Positions 34,149 through 42,206 of a stretch of 64,000 bases of DNA are shown here, piece after piece. Position 1 is the stretch's first letter, and every line of letters starts with the position of its first letter. The notes below the pieces were generated by a model. The model did no database searches. It had not been told where the DNA came from and saw nothing but the letters and a program-made list of their open reading frames with translations. The position numbers and the translations under genes are program-made. Source of the DNA: Escherichia phage vB_EcoM_JNE01; the sequence record OR670491; one strand, given 5' to 3'.

Positions 34149-34733
34149 ATGCGTAATTATACAAAATTCATCCGTACACTGTCAGAAATGGAAACCAACA
34201 AAGAGATCCTTTCAGCTTGTCGGTTAGCTGACCTGGAGATCATCGGTGCTGGTTCTTCCCGTATAGTTTTCGCTTTAAATGATCGGTTAGTGATTAAGGT
34301 CGCGAATTGTGATGCGGGTGTAGAACAAAATGAAACTGAATGTAAGGTATGGAATTTTTTAGACTATGACCGCCCTCAGTTGAAACAGTACTTTGCAAAG
34401 GTGCATATGCATTTATGCGATCCTGATAATATGTTTATCGTTATGGATCGGTTGAGTACTGCAAGCAAAGGCAGTGTGAAGCACGTAAACGCGTGCAATG
34501 AATTAAAGTACAATATTAAACGTAATGCAATCGAACGCCAGCACCGCTTTGCTGATGCACTACAACACGTTGATGATACATTATCAACACTAACGATAAG
34601 AGATATCAGAAAACAGAATATCGGCCAGGATCGTAATGGACTTATTAAAGTACTTGATTACGGTTTAACCAGCAATATCTGGAATCAGTACTATAAAAAG
34701 CGTGATGTGGCAGCAAGTAAGGTAACACGATAA
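34149..34733 (+). CDS. putative minimal protein kinase-like protein
   Basis: ordered kinase-like motifs: glycine loop IGAGSSRIVF, lysine in VIKVA, catalytic-loop-like IRDIRKQNIG, DFG-like VLDYG; start MRNYTKF after AAGGAG RBS. Confidence 0.5.
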   Translation: MRNYTKFIRTLSEMETNKEILSACRLADLEIIGAGSSRIVFALNDRLVIKVANCDAGVEQNETECKVWNFLDYDRPQLKQYFAKVHMHLCDPDNMFIVMDRLSTASKGSVKHVNACNELKYNIKRNAIERQHRFADALQHVDDTLSTLTIRDIRKQNIGQDRNGLIKVLDYGLTSNIWNQYYKKRDVAASKVTR

Positions 34734-34740
34734 AAAAGAT

Positions 34741-34850
34741 TAAAAAAAGGGATTGACTCCGGTCAGTCCCTTTGCTATTATATATCCATTGAGAGATAAC
34801 TCACTGACCCATAGGGTGCGGAAGTGTATCTATTATATAAGTATTCAGTA
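34741..34850 (+). promoter_or_regulatory. repeat module: hairpin with embedded -35, TATTAT -10, CCCATAGGGTGC box (copy of 27451-27560)
   Basis: gggattgactccggtcagtccctttgctattatat...gacccatagggtgcggaagtgtatc. Confidence 0.5.
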
Positions 34851-34955
34851 CTGAAAACTATTTTTAAAAAAGTACTTGCATTGTACTTAGAATCAAGTAT
34901 AATGTTTTATATCGAGAGGGGGAAATGGTTCTCCCTGGCAATAAGGAATAAAATC

Positions 34956-35177
34956 ATGACTACAATGACTTGCATTTACGCTTCCAATCGTCTGAATGAT
35001 GCGGCCTTTAATGTTGATTCAGAATATCAATGTTATCGGGATGAAAATAAAAAAGTTTTTGTAGTTGATAATAATGGTTTCCATATTGAATTACAATCCG
35101 GCTTCACTGGTGTTGATGGTAAATCAGTATGGGGCGTACAGGATGATAAAGGCACATATCATTTTAAACGTAATTAA
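34956..35177 (+). CDS. hypothetical early protein
   Basis: start MTTMTCIY after promoter + gggggaaatggttctccc hairpin; track ORF begins upstream at 34824. Confidence 0.5.
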   Translation: MTTMTCIYASNRLNDAAFNVDSEYQCYRDENKKVFVVDNNGFHIELQSGFTGVDGKSVWGVQDDKGTYHFKRN

Positions 35178-35180
35178 GTA

Positions 35181-35240
35181 TTGACAAAGTATATCAGTAC
35201 TGTATAATAGTTTACATCAAGGGGAGAATAGTTCTCCCCG
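35181..35240 (+). promoter_or_regulatory. early promoter + 5' stem-loop; module duplicated at 35672-35740
   Basis: ttgacaaagtatatcagtactgtataatagtttacatcaaggggagaatagttctcccc present twice. Confidence 0.6.
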
Positions 35241-35260
35241 ATACTAAAAGGAATAAAATC

Positions 35261-35665
35261 ATGACTACTACTAATCTTGCTCGGAATATCGCCAACGATA
35301 AAAATCATGCTGCAATGGTTGTTGGTTACATTGAAGCTATGCAATTCAGTACTGTACACAATGAGAACGGCGATTACCTGGAAGATTATGAATTATCAGA
35401 GCAAGCCCATCAAGCGGCAGTGATTGCATGTTCTCGCTTCATTGAGAAACACGGTAATGATCTGGAAGTAGTTCGCGGTATGTTTATTGATTACGGTTAT
35501 GAGCAAGCTGGTCATGATCTGTTCCTTACCCGCGAAGGTCACGGAACTGGTTTTTGGGATCGTGGTTTAGGTCACTATGGCGATGTATTCACGAAGTACT
35601 GCGAAGAAATCAACGTTTGCGATCCCTATGTAGGCGATGATAATCTAATCTATATGGGCGAATAA
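35261..35665 (+). CDS. hypothetical early protein
   Basis: ORF from track. Confidence 0.55.
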   Translation: MTTTNLARNIANDKNHAAMVVGYIEAMQFSTVHNENGDYLEDYELSEQAHQAAVIACSRFIEKHGNDLEVVRGMFIDYGYEQAGHDLFLTREGHGTGFWDRGLGHYGDVFTKYCEEINVCDPYVGDDNLIYMGE

Positions 35666-35671
35666 AAGTAT

Positions 35672-35740
35672 TTGACAAAGTATATCAGTACTGTATAATA
35701 GTTTACATCAAGGGGAGAATAGTTCTCCCCGATACTAAAA
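35672..35740 (+). promoter_or_regulatory. early promoter + 5' stem-loop (duplicate of 35181-35240)
   Basis: read directly. Confidence 0.6.
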
Positions 35741-35752
35741 GGAAACAAAATT

Positions 35753-36025
35753 ATGTCCAGCTACTCCGCTACTATGATCATTAAAGATATGAACGGTAAT
35801 CCTACTTCTGCTGGTGGATCATTTGGAAACATTAATTTAGATGGTCGGTTATCCATGCAATCAGCAATCGATGCAGCGAAAGAAGTTTTTAAGAATGAAT
35901 GTACTGTTAGTAAGCTGGATTATATGGGATTTGCTATCGAAAAAACTAATCGTTTTGTGGACTACAAAAAACCACTGATGATTGATACTAACCTGAAAGC
36001 AAACGAAGTGGAGTACTTATTATGA
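35753..36025 (+). CDS. hypothetical early protein
   Basis: ORF from track. Confidence 0.55.
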   Translation: MSSYSATMIIKDMNGNPTSAGGSFGNINLDGRLSMQSAIDAAKEVFKNECTVSKLDYMGFAIEKTNRFVDYKKPLMIDTNLKANEVEYLL

Positions 36026-36213
36026 CAGTTGAAGAAGTTAAAAAAGTACTGGCAGTACTACGCTATCATAATCATTGTAAGGTGAAGAATGATCCTGATT
36101 ATCTTGATTCATCCCTGGAAGAGGATACACTACAAGCAATAAGCCATATGCAAACATTAGCAAAGCGTATGACCGAAAAGAATAGACCGGACTATATCGG
36201 AAATAAAATTTAA
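36022..36213 (+). CDS. small hypothetical protein
   Basis: ATGA-coupled to upstream gene. Confidence 0.5.
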   Translation: MTVEEVKKVLAVLRYHNHCKVKNDPDYLDSSLEEDTLQAISHMQTLAKRMTEKNRPDYIGNKI

Positions 36214-36299
36214 AAAGTACTTGCATTGTAGTTAGATTAACGTATAATGTTTTACATAGAGCGGGGGAATAGTTCTCCCGCCAGTCCAGGAGATACACC

Positions 36300-36563
36300 A
36301 TGAACACTATCGAAATCACTATCAATGCACACGTATACGACAACGTAATCATGCAAACTACTATGACCGCTAATGATACCAGTACTTTGCGGAATACTGT
36401 TATTAGTGCTGTATGTGCCGCTATCGGTGATGTCGCCCTGGAAAATGCAAAACACGTAAACGATGGTTTCACTATGTGCAAACGTGATAACGCAAAACAT
36501 ATCATCGTGGAAGGTTACGGCGGTGTAGAATTTAATGTTTATATGAAAAAAGTACTTGCATAA
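36300..36563 (+). CDS. hypothetical early protein
   Basis: ORF after promoter + gcgggggaatagttctcccgcc hairpin. Confidence 0.55.
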   Translation: MNTIEITINAHVYDNVIMQTTMTANDTSTLRNTVISAVCAAIGDVALENAKHVNDGFTMCKRDNAKHIIVEGYGGVEFNVYMKKVLA

Positions 36564-36630
36564 TAACTAAAACAAAGTATAATGTTTTGCATAGGGGGAG
36601 ATATCCTCCCCCACTAAAAGGAGTAATAAA

Positions 36631-36855
36631 ATGGCTAACTTTGATGAACTGATGCGGGAAGTAGCTAACCTGGCAGAAGAGAAGAAATCATTCGATTCTA
36701 TCTATAACACCGCTCACCGTGATTCAGTACTGGCATGTAACCAGGATCAAAAAGATGAACTAATCGCCACCTATCATGAAGCATGGAAGTACTACCGACA
36801 ATGGGAGAAAGAAGAAAGTGAGTCTACCATTGACGGCCTCAATAATCTAATCTAA
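36631..36855 (+). CDS. hypothetical early protein
   Basis: ORF after promoter + gggggagatatcctccccc hairpin. Confidence 0.55.
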   Translation: MANFDELMREVANLAEEKKSFDSIYNTAHRDSVLACNQDQKDELIATYHEAWKYYRQWEKEESESTIDGLNNLI

Positions 36856-36931
36856 AAGTTTTATTTCAGTACTATTGACATAGCTTGATAGTACTGATGT
36901 AATAACTTTACTAACTACAAGGGGAAACATA

Positions 36932-37189
36932 ATGGATCAGTTCACACAATATCGGGTAAATCATCAAGCTATGGCCTACGTAGAAGACCATAAAACGTTA
37001 CCAGTACTGCAACCAGTTAAAGGCCATATCTATCGTGCAATGTCGTGGTGTACGGCCCAGGATGGCTATAAAACCGTAGCCGTTGGTATGTATTGCGGTA
37101 ATGGTGAATGGTTTGATCCAAATAATCCGGTAGCCATTGACAGTACTGAAAAAATGAAATGGGCCGACTACATCGAAGATATTTCATAA
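36932..37189 (+). CDS. hypothetical early protein
   Basis: ORF from track after ttgacatagcttgatagtactg promoter. Confidence 0.5.
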   Translation: MDQFTQYRVNHQAMAYVEDHKTLPVLQPVKGHIYRAMSWCTAQDGYKTVAVGMYCGNGEWFDPNNPVAIDSTEKMKWADYIEDIS

Positions 37190-37206
37190 AAACTATTTGA
37201 CAGTAC

Positions 37207-37265
37207 TAACCAGTAATGTATAATGTTTTACATAGAGCGGGGAATAGTTCTCCCGCCAATAGTTT
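37207..37265 (+). promoter_or_regulatory. early promoter (TTGACA-N16-TATAAT) + 5' stem-loop (gcggggaatagttctcccgc)
   Basis: read directly. Confidence 0.6.
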
Positions 37266-37278
37266 GGAGTAAAACATT

Positions 37279-37479
37279 ATGTCTATCGCTATCGCCCTGG
37301 TTGAAGTACTGAAAGAAGCTAAAGCCAACCAGATCGACGTAAAGATCCAGGAACTACAAAACGGCTTAATCGGCTGTACTTGTACCGCTGGTGGAGCGGC
37401 AGACTATCGAGAACACGAATCACTCGAATCACTGGTTCGGTATCTTACCATGATCGTTGATGATTGGAGAATCATCTAA
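37279..37479 (+). CDS. small hypothetical protein
   Basis: ORF from track. Confidence 0.5.
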   Translation: MSIAIALVEVLKEAKANQIDVKIQELQNGLIGCTCTAGGAADYREHESLESLVRYLTMIVDDWRII

Positions 37480-37486
37480 CAAAAAA

Positions 37487-37625
37487 AGAATAAAAAAAGG
37501 GATTGACTCCGGTCAGTCCCTTTGCTATTATATACGCATAGACAAAAACTAGCCCACAGGGTGCATAGGTGTATCCAAAATATATAGTTAATAACGGTGA
37601 GTAACTATCTGCTGGTGGAACTAAA
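37487..37625 (+). promoter_or_regulatory. repeat module: hairpin with embedded -35, TATTAT -10, CCCACAGGGTGC box, Chi octamer
   Basis: copy of 27451-27560 module; GCTGGTGG at about 37611. Confidence 0.5.
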
Positions 37626-37643
37626 ACTATTAATAAAAAAGTA

Positions 37644-37672
37644 TTGACAAAGTATATCAGTACTGCAATAAT
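37644..37672 (+). promoter_or_regulatory. early promoter (TTGACA, variant -10)
   Basis: ttgacaaagtatatcagtactgcaataat. Confidence 0.5.
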
Positions 37673-37725
37673 GTATCTCGTAGGGCGGCAATGGTGCGAC
37701 GGCCCACAAAGTTAGGAGATTCAAA

Positions 37726-38058
37726 ATGACTACTTCAATCGCTATCGTTAAAGCTTTCATCCGTACTAATGTTTCCTCTGTATTCATCGACGGCCTCGAC
37801 CGTAACGTAGAATACTCAATCATTATCGCACAAACGGCAAACGGTTCTCGGTACATCCTGAATGATAGTGAAGCAAATCACTACTACTTCACTAAAGCCA
37901 CTGGCTTTAAACGCATCGATGCTGATGTAGTATACGCTAAGATGAATAAGCTGGTAGACAAGATTAACGCTAAAGGTACTATAGATTTACAGTACTGGAC
38001 CGAAACCGATCCAGAATATGGATCTCACCGCTACCTGAATCCAGGTATCAAAATGTAA
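37726..38058 (+). CDS. hypothetical early protein
   Basis: ORF from track. Confidence 0.55.
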   Translation: MTTSIAIVKAFIRTNVSSVFIDGLDRNVEYSIIIAQTANGSRYILNDSEANHYYFTKATGFKRIDADVVYAKMNKLVDKINAKGTIDLQYWTETDPEYGSHRYLNPGIKM

Positions 38059-38147
38059 AAAGTACTTGCATAGTACTTAGATTCATGTATAATGTTTTAC
38101 ATAGAGAGGGGGAAATGGTTCTCCCTCCTAAATTAAGGAGTATTGTC

Positions 38148-38549
38148 ATGACTTTTTCTATCAATTCTTATGCTGACGTTTTAGTACTGGCTCGGACTTT
38201 TGGTAAAGATGCACTGGAGTACGCTGTAAGTAATGGCACTATCCAACCGGAACAGTGCCGCATCATTGGAAACTGCAAACGTTGGGCGGTTTCCAATACT
38301 ATTGCACTGGAAAACTTCCACGATGGCAACAATGAATATTCTGTTGATGTAGTATTCGAAGCCGTTGATCTCGGCGGTATCTATAATACTAACCTGAATG
38401 ATGTGCGTATCGTTCGCACTGGGTTCGGTGCTTATGATGTATCTATTCGTGAAGCTATGAACACCGGATACATTAGCAAGGACTTACTTGCTCACATCAT
38501 GCAGCTGTGTACGGAACGTAACGAAGCACGCACTATCTTAGGACTGTAA
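38148..38549 (+). CDS. hypothetical early protein
   Basis: start MTFSINSY after promoter + gggggaaatggttctccc hairpin and AAGGAG RBS; track ORF begins at 38085. Confidence 0.55.
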   Translation: MTFSINSYADVLVLARTFGKDALEYAVSNGTIQPEQCRIIGNCKRWAVSNTIALENFHDGNNEYSVDVVFEAVDLGGIYNTNLNDVRIVRTGFGAYDVSIREAMNTGYISKDLLAHIMQLCTERNEARTILGL

Positions 38550-38617
38550 GCGTTACACATCACCAAACATCATAGGCCGCCTTGTAGCGGCCTTAACTAT
38601 ATCAGGAGTACATACAC

Positions 38618-38827
38618 ATGATCTATACAGTATACAGCGTTCTAGGCACTATTGCAGGCGTACATGATAACGTCGATAGTGCTATGCGTACAGTACTGCA
38701 ACAGGTTCCACTAAAGCCTAAGACCATTAAGCAGATGACAGCACGACTAACCAGGGCGACGGCTGGCGTGGAAGTATGGCAGGACTATGGGGATACACAG
38801 ATAATCGTAAGCGTAACGAAGGATTAA
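38618..38827 (+). CDS. small hypothetical protein
   Basis: ORF with AGGAG RBS after stem-loop ggccgc-cttgta-gcggcc. Confidence 0.5.
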   Translation: MIYTVYSVLGTIAGVHDNVDSAMRTVLQQVPLKPKTIKQMTARLTRATAGVEVWQDYGDTQIIVSVTKD

Positions 38828-39002
38828 TGCGTAAAAGGATTTAGTACTGATGCATTTTAAATTTTAGTCATTTTTTAAAAACTACGCAAAAAAACTAAAC
38901 CAATACCTTAGCGTAATAGTTTAGGGATTGGACTATGTTTTTATGCGTGGGGGGGCTAGTATGGGGTAACCTTAGCTCGATCGTGAAGTAGCCCATAGGG
39001 TA

Positions 39003-39030
39003 TTGACTTTTTATATGGAACGTGTAAAAT
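39003..39030 (+). promoter_or_regulatory. promoter (TTGACT-N16-TAAAAT) for the LGTNYQE array
   Basis: ttgactttttatatggaacgtgtaaaat followed by AAGGAG RBS and GTG start. Confidence 0.5.
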
Positions 39031-39060
39031 CTGAATGATATAAATTATCAAGGAGTCCCC

Positions 39061-39291
39061 GTGAAAAACTTAAGTAAAGATGAATACGATGAGTTACTTA
39101 TACGAACTGTTAATAAAGCCTTTGGAGCCGCTACACCGTTGATACGTTTGGATTACTTCCTTTCGGCTACTCTAGGAACTAACTATCAGGATTTTTGGAT
39201 AGATAAGTATATTGCACAACTAAAAGAAGATATAACTTACAAGGTAGTCAATTACACTATACAAAACGCTATTACTAAAGGTAACAAATGA
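39061..39291 (+). CDS. small protein, LGTNYQE-motif family (member 1)
   Basis: GTG start after AAGGAG; motif LSATLGTNYQDFWIDKYI. Confidence 0.6.
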   Translation: MKNLSKDEYDELLIRTVNKAFGAATPLIRLDYFLSATLGTNYQDFWIDKYIAQLKEDITYKVVNYTIQNAITKGNK

Positions 39292-39515
39292 AAGTCATAA
39301 CACAAACACAAGCGTATTCACTTATGCTGCTTTACATGGATGACTTAACCAGTATCTCCCGTGACCTCAATCCTTTGATTAGGGGTCATCTGCAATGTGA
39401 GATTCGCATGTTGGCTGTACTGGGGACCAACTTTCAACTGGAGTACGTTGAAGAATATCTTTACGCACTGAAGAGGTATATTGCACATGAAGCACATCTC
39501 GCCGGACGAACATGA
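39288..39515 (+). CDS. small protein, LGTNYQE-motif family
   Basis: ATGA coupling; motif AVLGTNFQLEYVEEYL. Confidence 0.6.
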   Translation: MKVITQTQAYSLMLLYMDDLTSISRDLNPLIRGHLQCEIRMLAVLGTNFQLEYVEEYLYALKRYIAHEAHLAGRT

Positions 39516-39705
39516 AGAAATCATTAGAAAACTCACACAGCAAGCATTAAATCTGTATAACGATCCATCTAAAACATGGTATGAAAATAGAATCGCAGTG
39601 AGTGACTTATGGGTTCTGCACTTTATCGGGACACAGTATCAAGAAAGGTATCTGGATCACTTGATTGGACATTTACTGCAAGGAATTATAATTAAATGCG
39701 AATGA
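39487..39705 (+). CDS. small protein, LGTNYQE-motif family
   Basis: motif HFIGTQYQERYLDHLI; start MKHISPDEHEE (ATG) chosen over upstream TTG. Confidence 0.55.
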   Translation: MKHISPDEHEEIIRKLTQQALNLYNDPSKTWYENRIAVSDLWVLHFIGTQYQERYLDHLIGHLLQGIIIKCE

Positions 39706-39944
39706 AAATCCTAAGCGAAGTAGAATTTTCTGAAAGAATGAAACTAGGAAGAAACGCCAGATTAAAAGTCTACGATGAAGTGGAGTTAACTAACACACAA
39801 AGAGCCGTAAAGCGTATGGAAATAACATTACCTTACTTCCTTGGGACGAACTATCAGGAAACGATGATAATGAACTATATAAATGAACTTAAAATTCATA
39901 TCCATGAAACATATCAAGGTGTACTGAATGAAAAAACTAAGTAA
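39702..39944 (+). CDS. small protein, LGTNYQE-motif family
   Basis: motif YFLGTNYQETMIMNYI; ATGA coupling. Confidence 0.55.
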   Translation: MKILSEVEFSERMKLGRNARLKVYDEVELTNTQRAVKRMEITLPYFLGTNYQETMIMNYINELKIHIHETYQGVLNEKTK

Positions 39945-40170
39945 TTACGATTACTTCAAACTATTGGACGGCATCAAAGGTGACATACGTTTAATTCATC
40001 AAACTGAATACATTCCAAGGGACGATAGGATTATTATTGTATCAGAAATGAAACTCAAACTCCTTGTGGGAACCGATAGACAGAATATCGCGGTGGACTT
40101 ACTTATATCATCCTTACGCAATAAGATATGGAACCAATATAATGAAGACAATCGACATAAAGGAATTTAA
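39928..40170 (+). CDS. small protein, LGTNYQE-motif family
   Basis: motif LLVGTDRQNIAVDLLI. Confidence 0.55.
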   Translation: MKKLSNYDYFKLLDGIKGDIRLIHQTEYIPRDDRIIIVSEMKLKLLVGTDRQNIAVDLLISSLRNKIWNQYNEDNRHKGI

Positions 40171-40369
40171 CATTAGACTGGCTCGAACTCGTGCACTAAG
40201 ACAACAGATTTTCTACGATACAAACACACCACAAACCAAAAAGGATGTTGCAATATCAGAGATTAACATGTATAGTACCTTGGGAACGCAATACCAAGAG
40301 ATGTACGTCCAAGAGCATGTACTGAACTTAAAAAAGGAAATCCAACATGAAATACATCGATGCCGCTGA
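40142..40369 (+). CDS. small protein, LGTNYQE-motif family
   Basis: motif STLGTQYQEMYVQEHV; family-type start MKTIDIKEF at internal ATG of track ORF 40064..40369. Confidence 0.55.
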   Translation: MKTIDIKEFNIRLARTRALRQQIFYDTNTPQTKKDVAISEINMYSTLGTQYQEMYVQEHVLNLKKEIQHEIHRCR

Positions 40370-40586
40370 AAAACAACGTAGATTAATGGAATCGCTTAAA
40401 GCATGTAAAAAGATTTTCAATGACTATACGATTACACATGAAGAACGAATGGTGCTAATCGCTGAAACCCGCGTTCTGGTTATGCTGGGAACATCTGAAC
40501 AGGAAGGTGCAGTTGAAATCTTACTTAAGGAAATGCAATTCCACTTAAAACGAAGAGGCAAAGATGAAACACTTGACAAGCGATGA
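40347..40586 (+). CDS. small protein, LGTNYQE-motif family
   Basis: motif VMLGTSEQEGAVEILL. Confidence 0.55.
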   Translation: MKYIDAAEKQRRLMESLKACKKIFNDYTITHEERMVLIAETRVLVMLGTSEQEGAVEILLKEMQFHLKRRGKDETLDKR

Positions 40587-40851
40587 ATTGAATGCTAAAT
40601 TAAACCATGCGTTCACAGTAAGAACCAGAATTATGATGAACAAGAATTACAGCATAAACGAAAAACGTATCCTCTGTGTAGAAGCTACGATGGGTGTACT
40701 GTTGGGAACCACTAAGCAAGAGCATCACGTTAATCTTGTTATCTCGGAGTTACTCCAGGAAATCAAAGGTAAAATCTATATTCAAAATATGAGTAAAGCT
40801 ATCCACAGAAAGGATATTGACTCTATCGTATCTTTAAACAGAGAAATTTAA
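40564..40851 (+). CDS. small protein, LGTNYQE-motif family
   Basis: motif VLLGTTKQEHHVNLVI. Confidence 0.55.
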   Translation: MKHLTSDELNAKLNHAFTVRTRIMMNKNYSINEKRILCVEATMGVLLGTTKQEHHVNLVISELLQEIKGKIYIQNMSKAIHRKDIDSIVSLNREI

Positions 40852-41105
40852 TGCAAAATGAAATGATATACTTAACGAACGATGAACTAAAAGTAAGGCT
40901 CGTTAAATCCAGAAGAGATACCAATAACATCCCAAAAGACCCTATGCAATCACCCGCAGAAAGGAGTGCTGAAGTATTATATGCACAACTCTTGTACTTT
41001 CTAGGAACTGATAGACAAGAACATTACGTTCAATCCTGGCTTAGATACACTAAAATTACTATTCAAGAAAAGCTACATGAACAAGAATTTCCTAAGTCGG
41101 AGTAA
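40851..41105 (+). CDS. small protein, LGTNYQE-motif family
   Basis: motif YFLGTDRQEHYVQSWL. Confidence 0.55.
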   Translation: MQNEMIYLTNDELKVRLVKSRRDTNNIPKDPMQSPAERSAEVLYAQLLYFLGTDRQEHYVQSWLRYTKITIQEKLHEQEFPKSE

Positions 41106-41109
41106 TAGA

Positions 41110-41334
41110 ATGCAAAAACCTAAACCACTAGGAACAGCAGAATACATTGAACTAATGGCAGTGAACTTCTCTGCATTTAAGAAACTGCTACAAGAATCAA
41201 AGAATGATTTAGAGTATAAGATTAAGGGTTCTGATTTAAGATTGTTACTTACTCTAGGAACAGACATTCAGGATAAATCTGTTCAAGAGCATATCAGAGC
41301 ACTTACACATAGCATCTGTCATAAACATTCCTAA
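41110..41334 (+). CDS. small protein, LGTNYQE-motif family
   Basis: motif LTLGTDIQDKSVQEHI; ATG with GGAG RBS; track ORF starts upstream at 41077. Confidence 0.55.
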   Translation: MQKPKPLGTAEYIELMAVNFSAFKKLLQESKNDLEYKIKGSDLRLLLTLGTDIQDKSVQEHIRALTHSICHKHS

Positions 41335-41348
41335 ATCGGAGAAATACA

Positions 41349-41576
41349 ATGCAAGCCCAAATCAAAACTCTAACATCTAAAATGTATCACGATGGTTTAA
41401 TGAAGAGATCACCACAGCTACTGGAAATTTCCTCAAGCGATAAAAGTGATGAAGAGATTGAAATGCTCATGCAGGAAGTCAGACTAGATATCACGATAGG
41501 CACTGATGCACAATCAGAATACATTGGTTATTATATTGATTGTACTAAAGATTACATCAAGAGCCTATGCCAATGA
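41349..41576 (+). CDS. small protein, LGTNYQE-motif family
   Basis: motif ITIGTDAQSEYIGYYI. Confidence 0.55.
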   Translation: MQAQIKTLTSKMYHDGLMKRSPQLLEISSSDKSDEEIEMLMQEVRLDITIGTDAQSEYIGYYIDCTKDYIKSLCQ

Positions 41577-41624
41577 CATATTAGTACTGAATACTTAGTA
41601 CTAAATTTTAATTAGGAAAATAAA

Positions 41625-41978
41625 ATGAAAAACATTTGGGGAATTGAAAGTACTAGTACTAAACAAAATGATTTAGCACTTTCAGCGATTGGAGTGGAGT
41701 TTATTAATCTACAAGGAAAGACATTCTTTTTATCGTGTTCTTCTGATGATGACATTAATATGTGTTTTGAATTAGATAAACATAACATTTCTTTATCGTA
41801 CATTAAAAGTGAAGGATTATTATTATATAGAGTGTATGACACTTGTAGTACTATCAGTACTGTTTATTACATCCAGAATAATACTGGAATGATATTAGAT
41901 CAAAATGGAAATGAACACAATCTATTTGGTTTATCTTATAGGGATAGTTCTTATTTAATTTCAAAGATTATGGAGTAA
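41625..41978 (+). CDS. hypothetical protein (non-family insert in the array)
   Basis: 117-aa ORF with AGGAAA RBS; no family motif. Confidence 0.5.
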   Translation: MKNIWGIESTSTKQNDLALSAIGVEFINLQGKTFFLSCSSDDDINMCFELDKHNISLSYIKSEGLLLYRVYDTCSTISTVYYIQNNTGMILDQNGNEHNLFGLSYRDSSYLISKIME

Positions 41979-41981
41979 TTA

Positions 41982-42206
41982 ATGCACACAATAACACCAA
42001 AAGAACTATGGCGTAGGCTAGGACTAACTGCTACTAACTCTAGTCCAATCAGGACTGACCCAAATCTGACTGTCCTAGAGAAGCGTGTTTTAATGCATGA
42101 ATTACAATTGCACAAAACCATAGGAACAAACTACCAGGAACAGTTCGTTGGAATTTACCTTAAGAGTTTACAAGATTTAATTAAACAGAATAAAAGGACA
42201 TTATGA
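41982..42206 (+). CDS. small protein, LGTNYQE-motif family
   Basis: motif KTIGTNYQEQFVGIYL. Confidence 0.6.
   Translation: MHTITPKELWRRLGLTATNSSPIRTDPNLTVLEKRVLMHELQLHKTIGTNYQEQFVGIYLKSLQDLIKQNKRTL

Noticed and set aside
17440-39060. tRNA genes in the non-coding stretches of a large phage
   Set aside because: No segment with a GTTCRANYC-type T-loop in a plausible cloverleaf context was found by eye; the conserved CCCAYMGGGTGC elements do not fold as tRNAs. A tRNA scan would be needed to exclude them formally.
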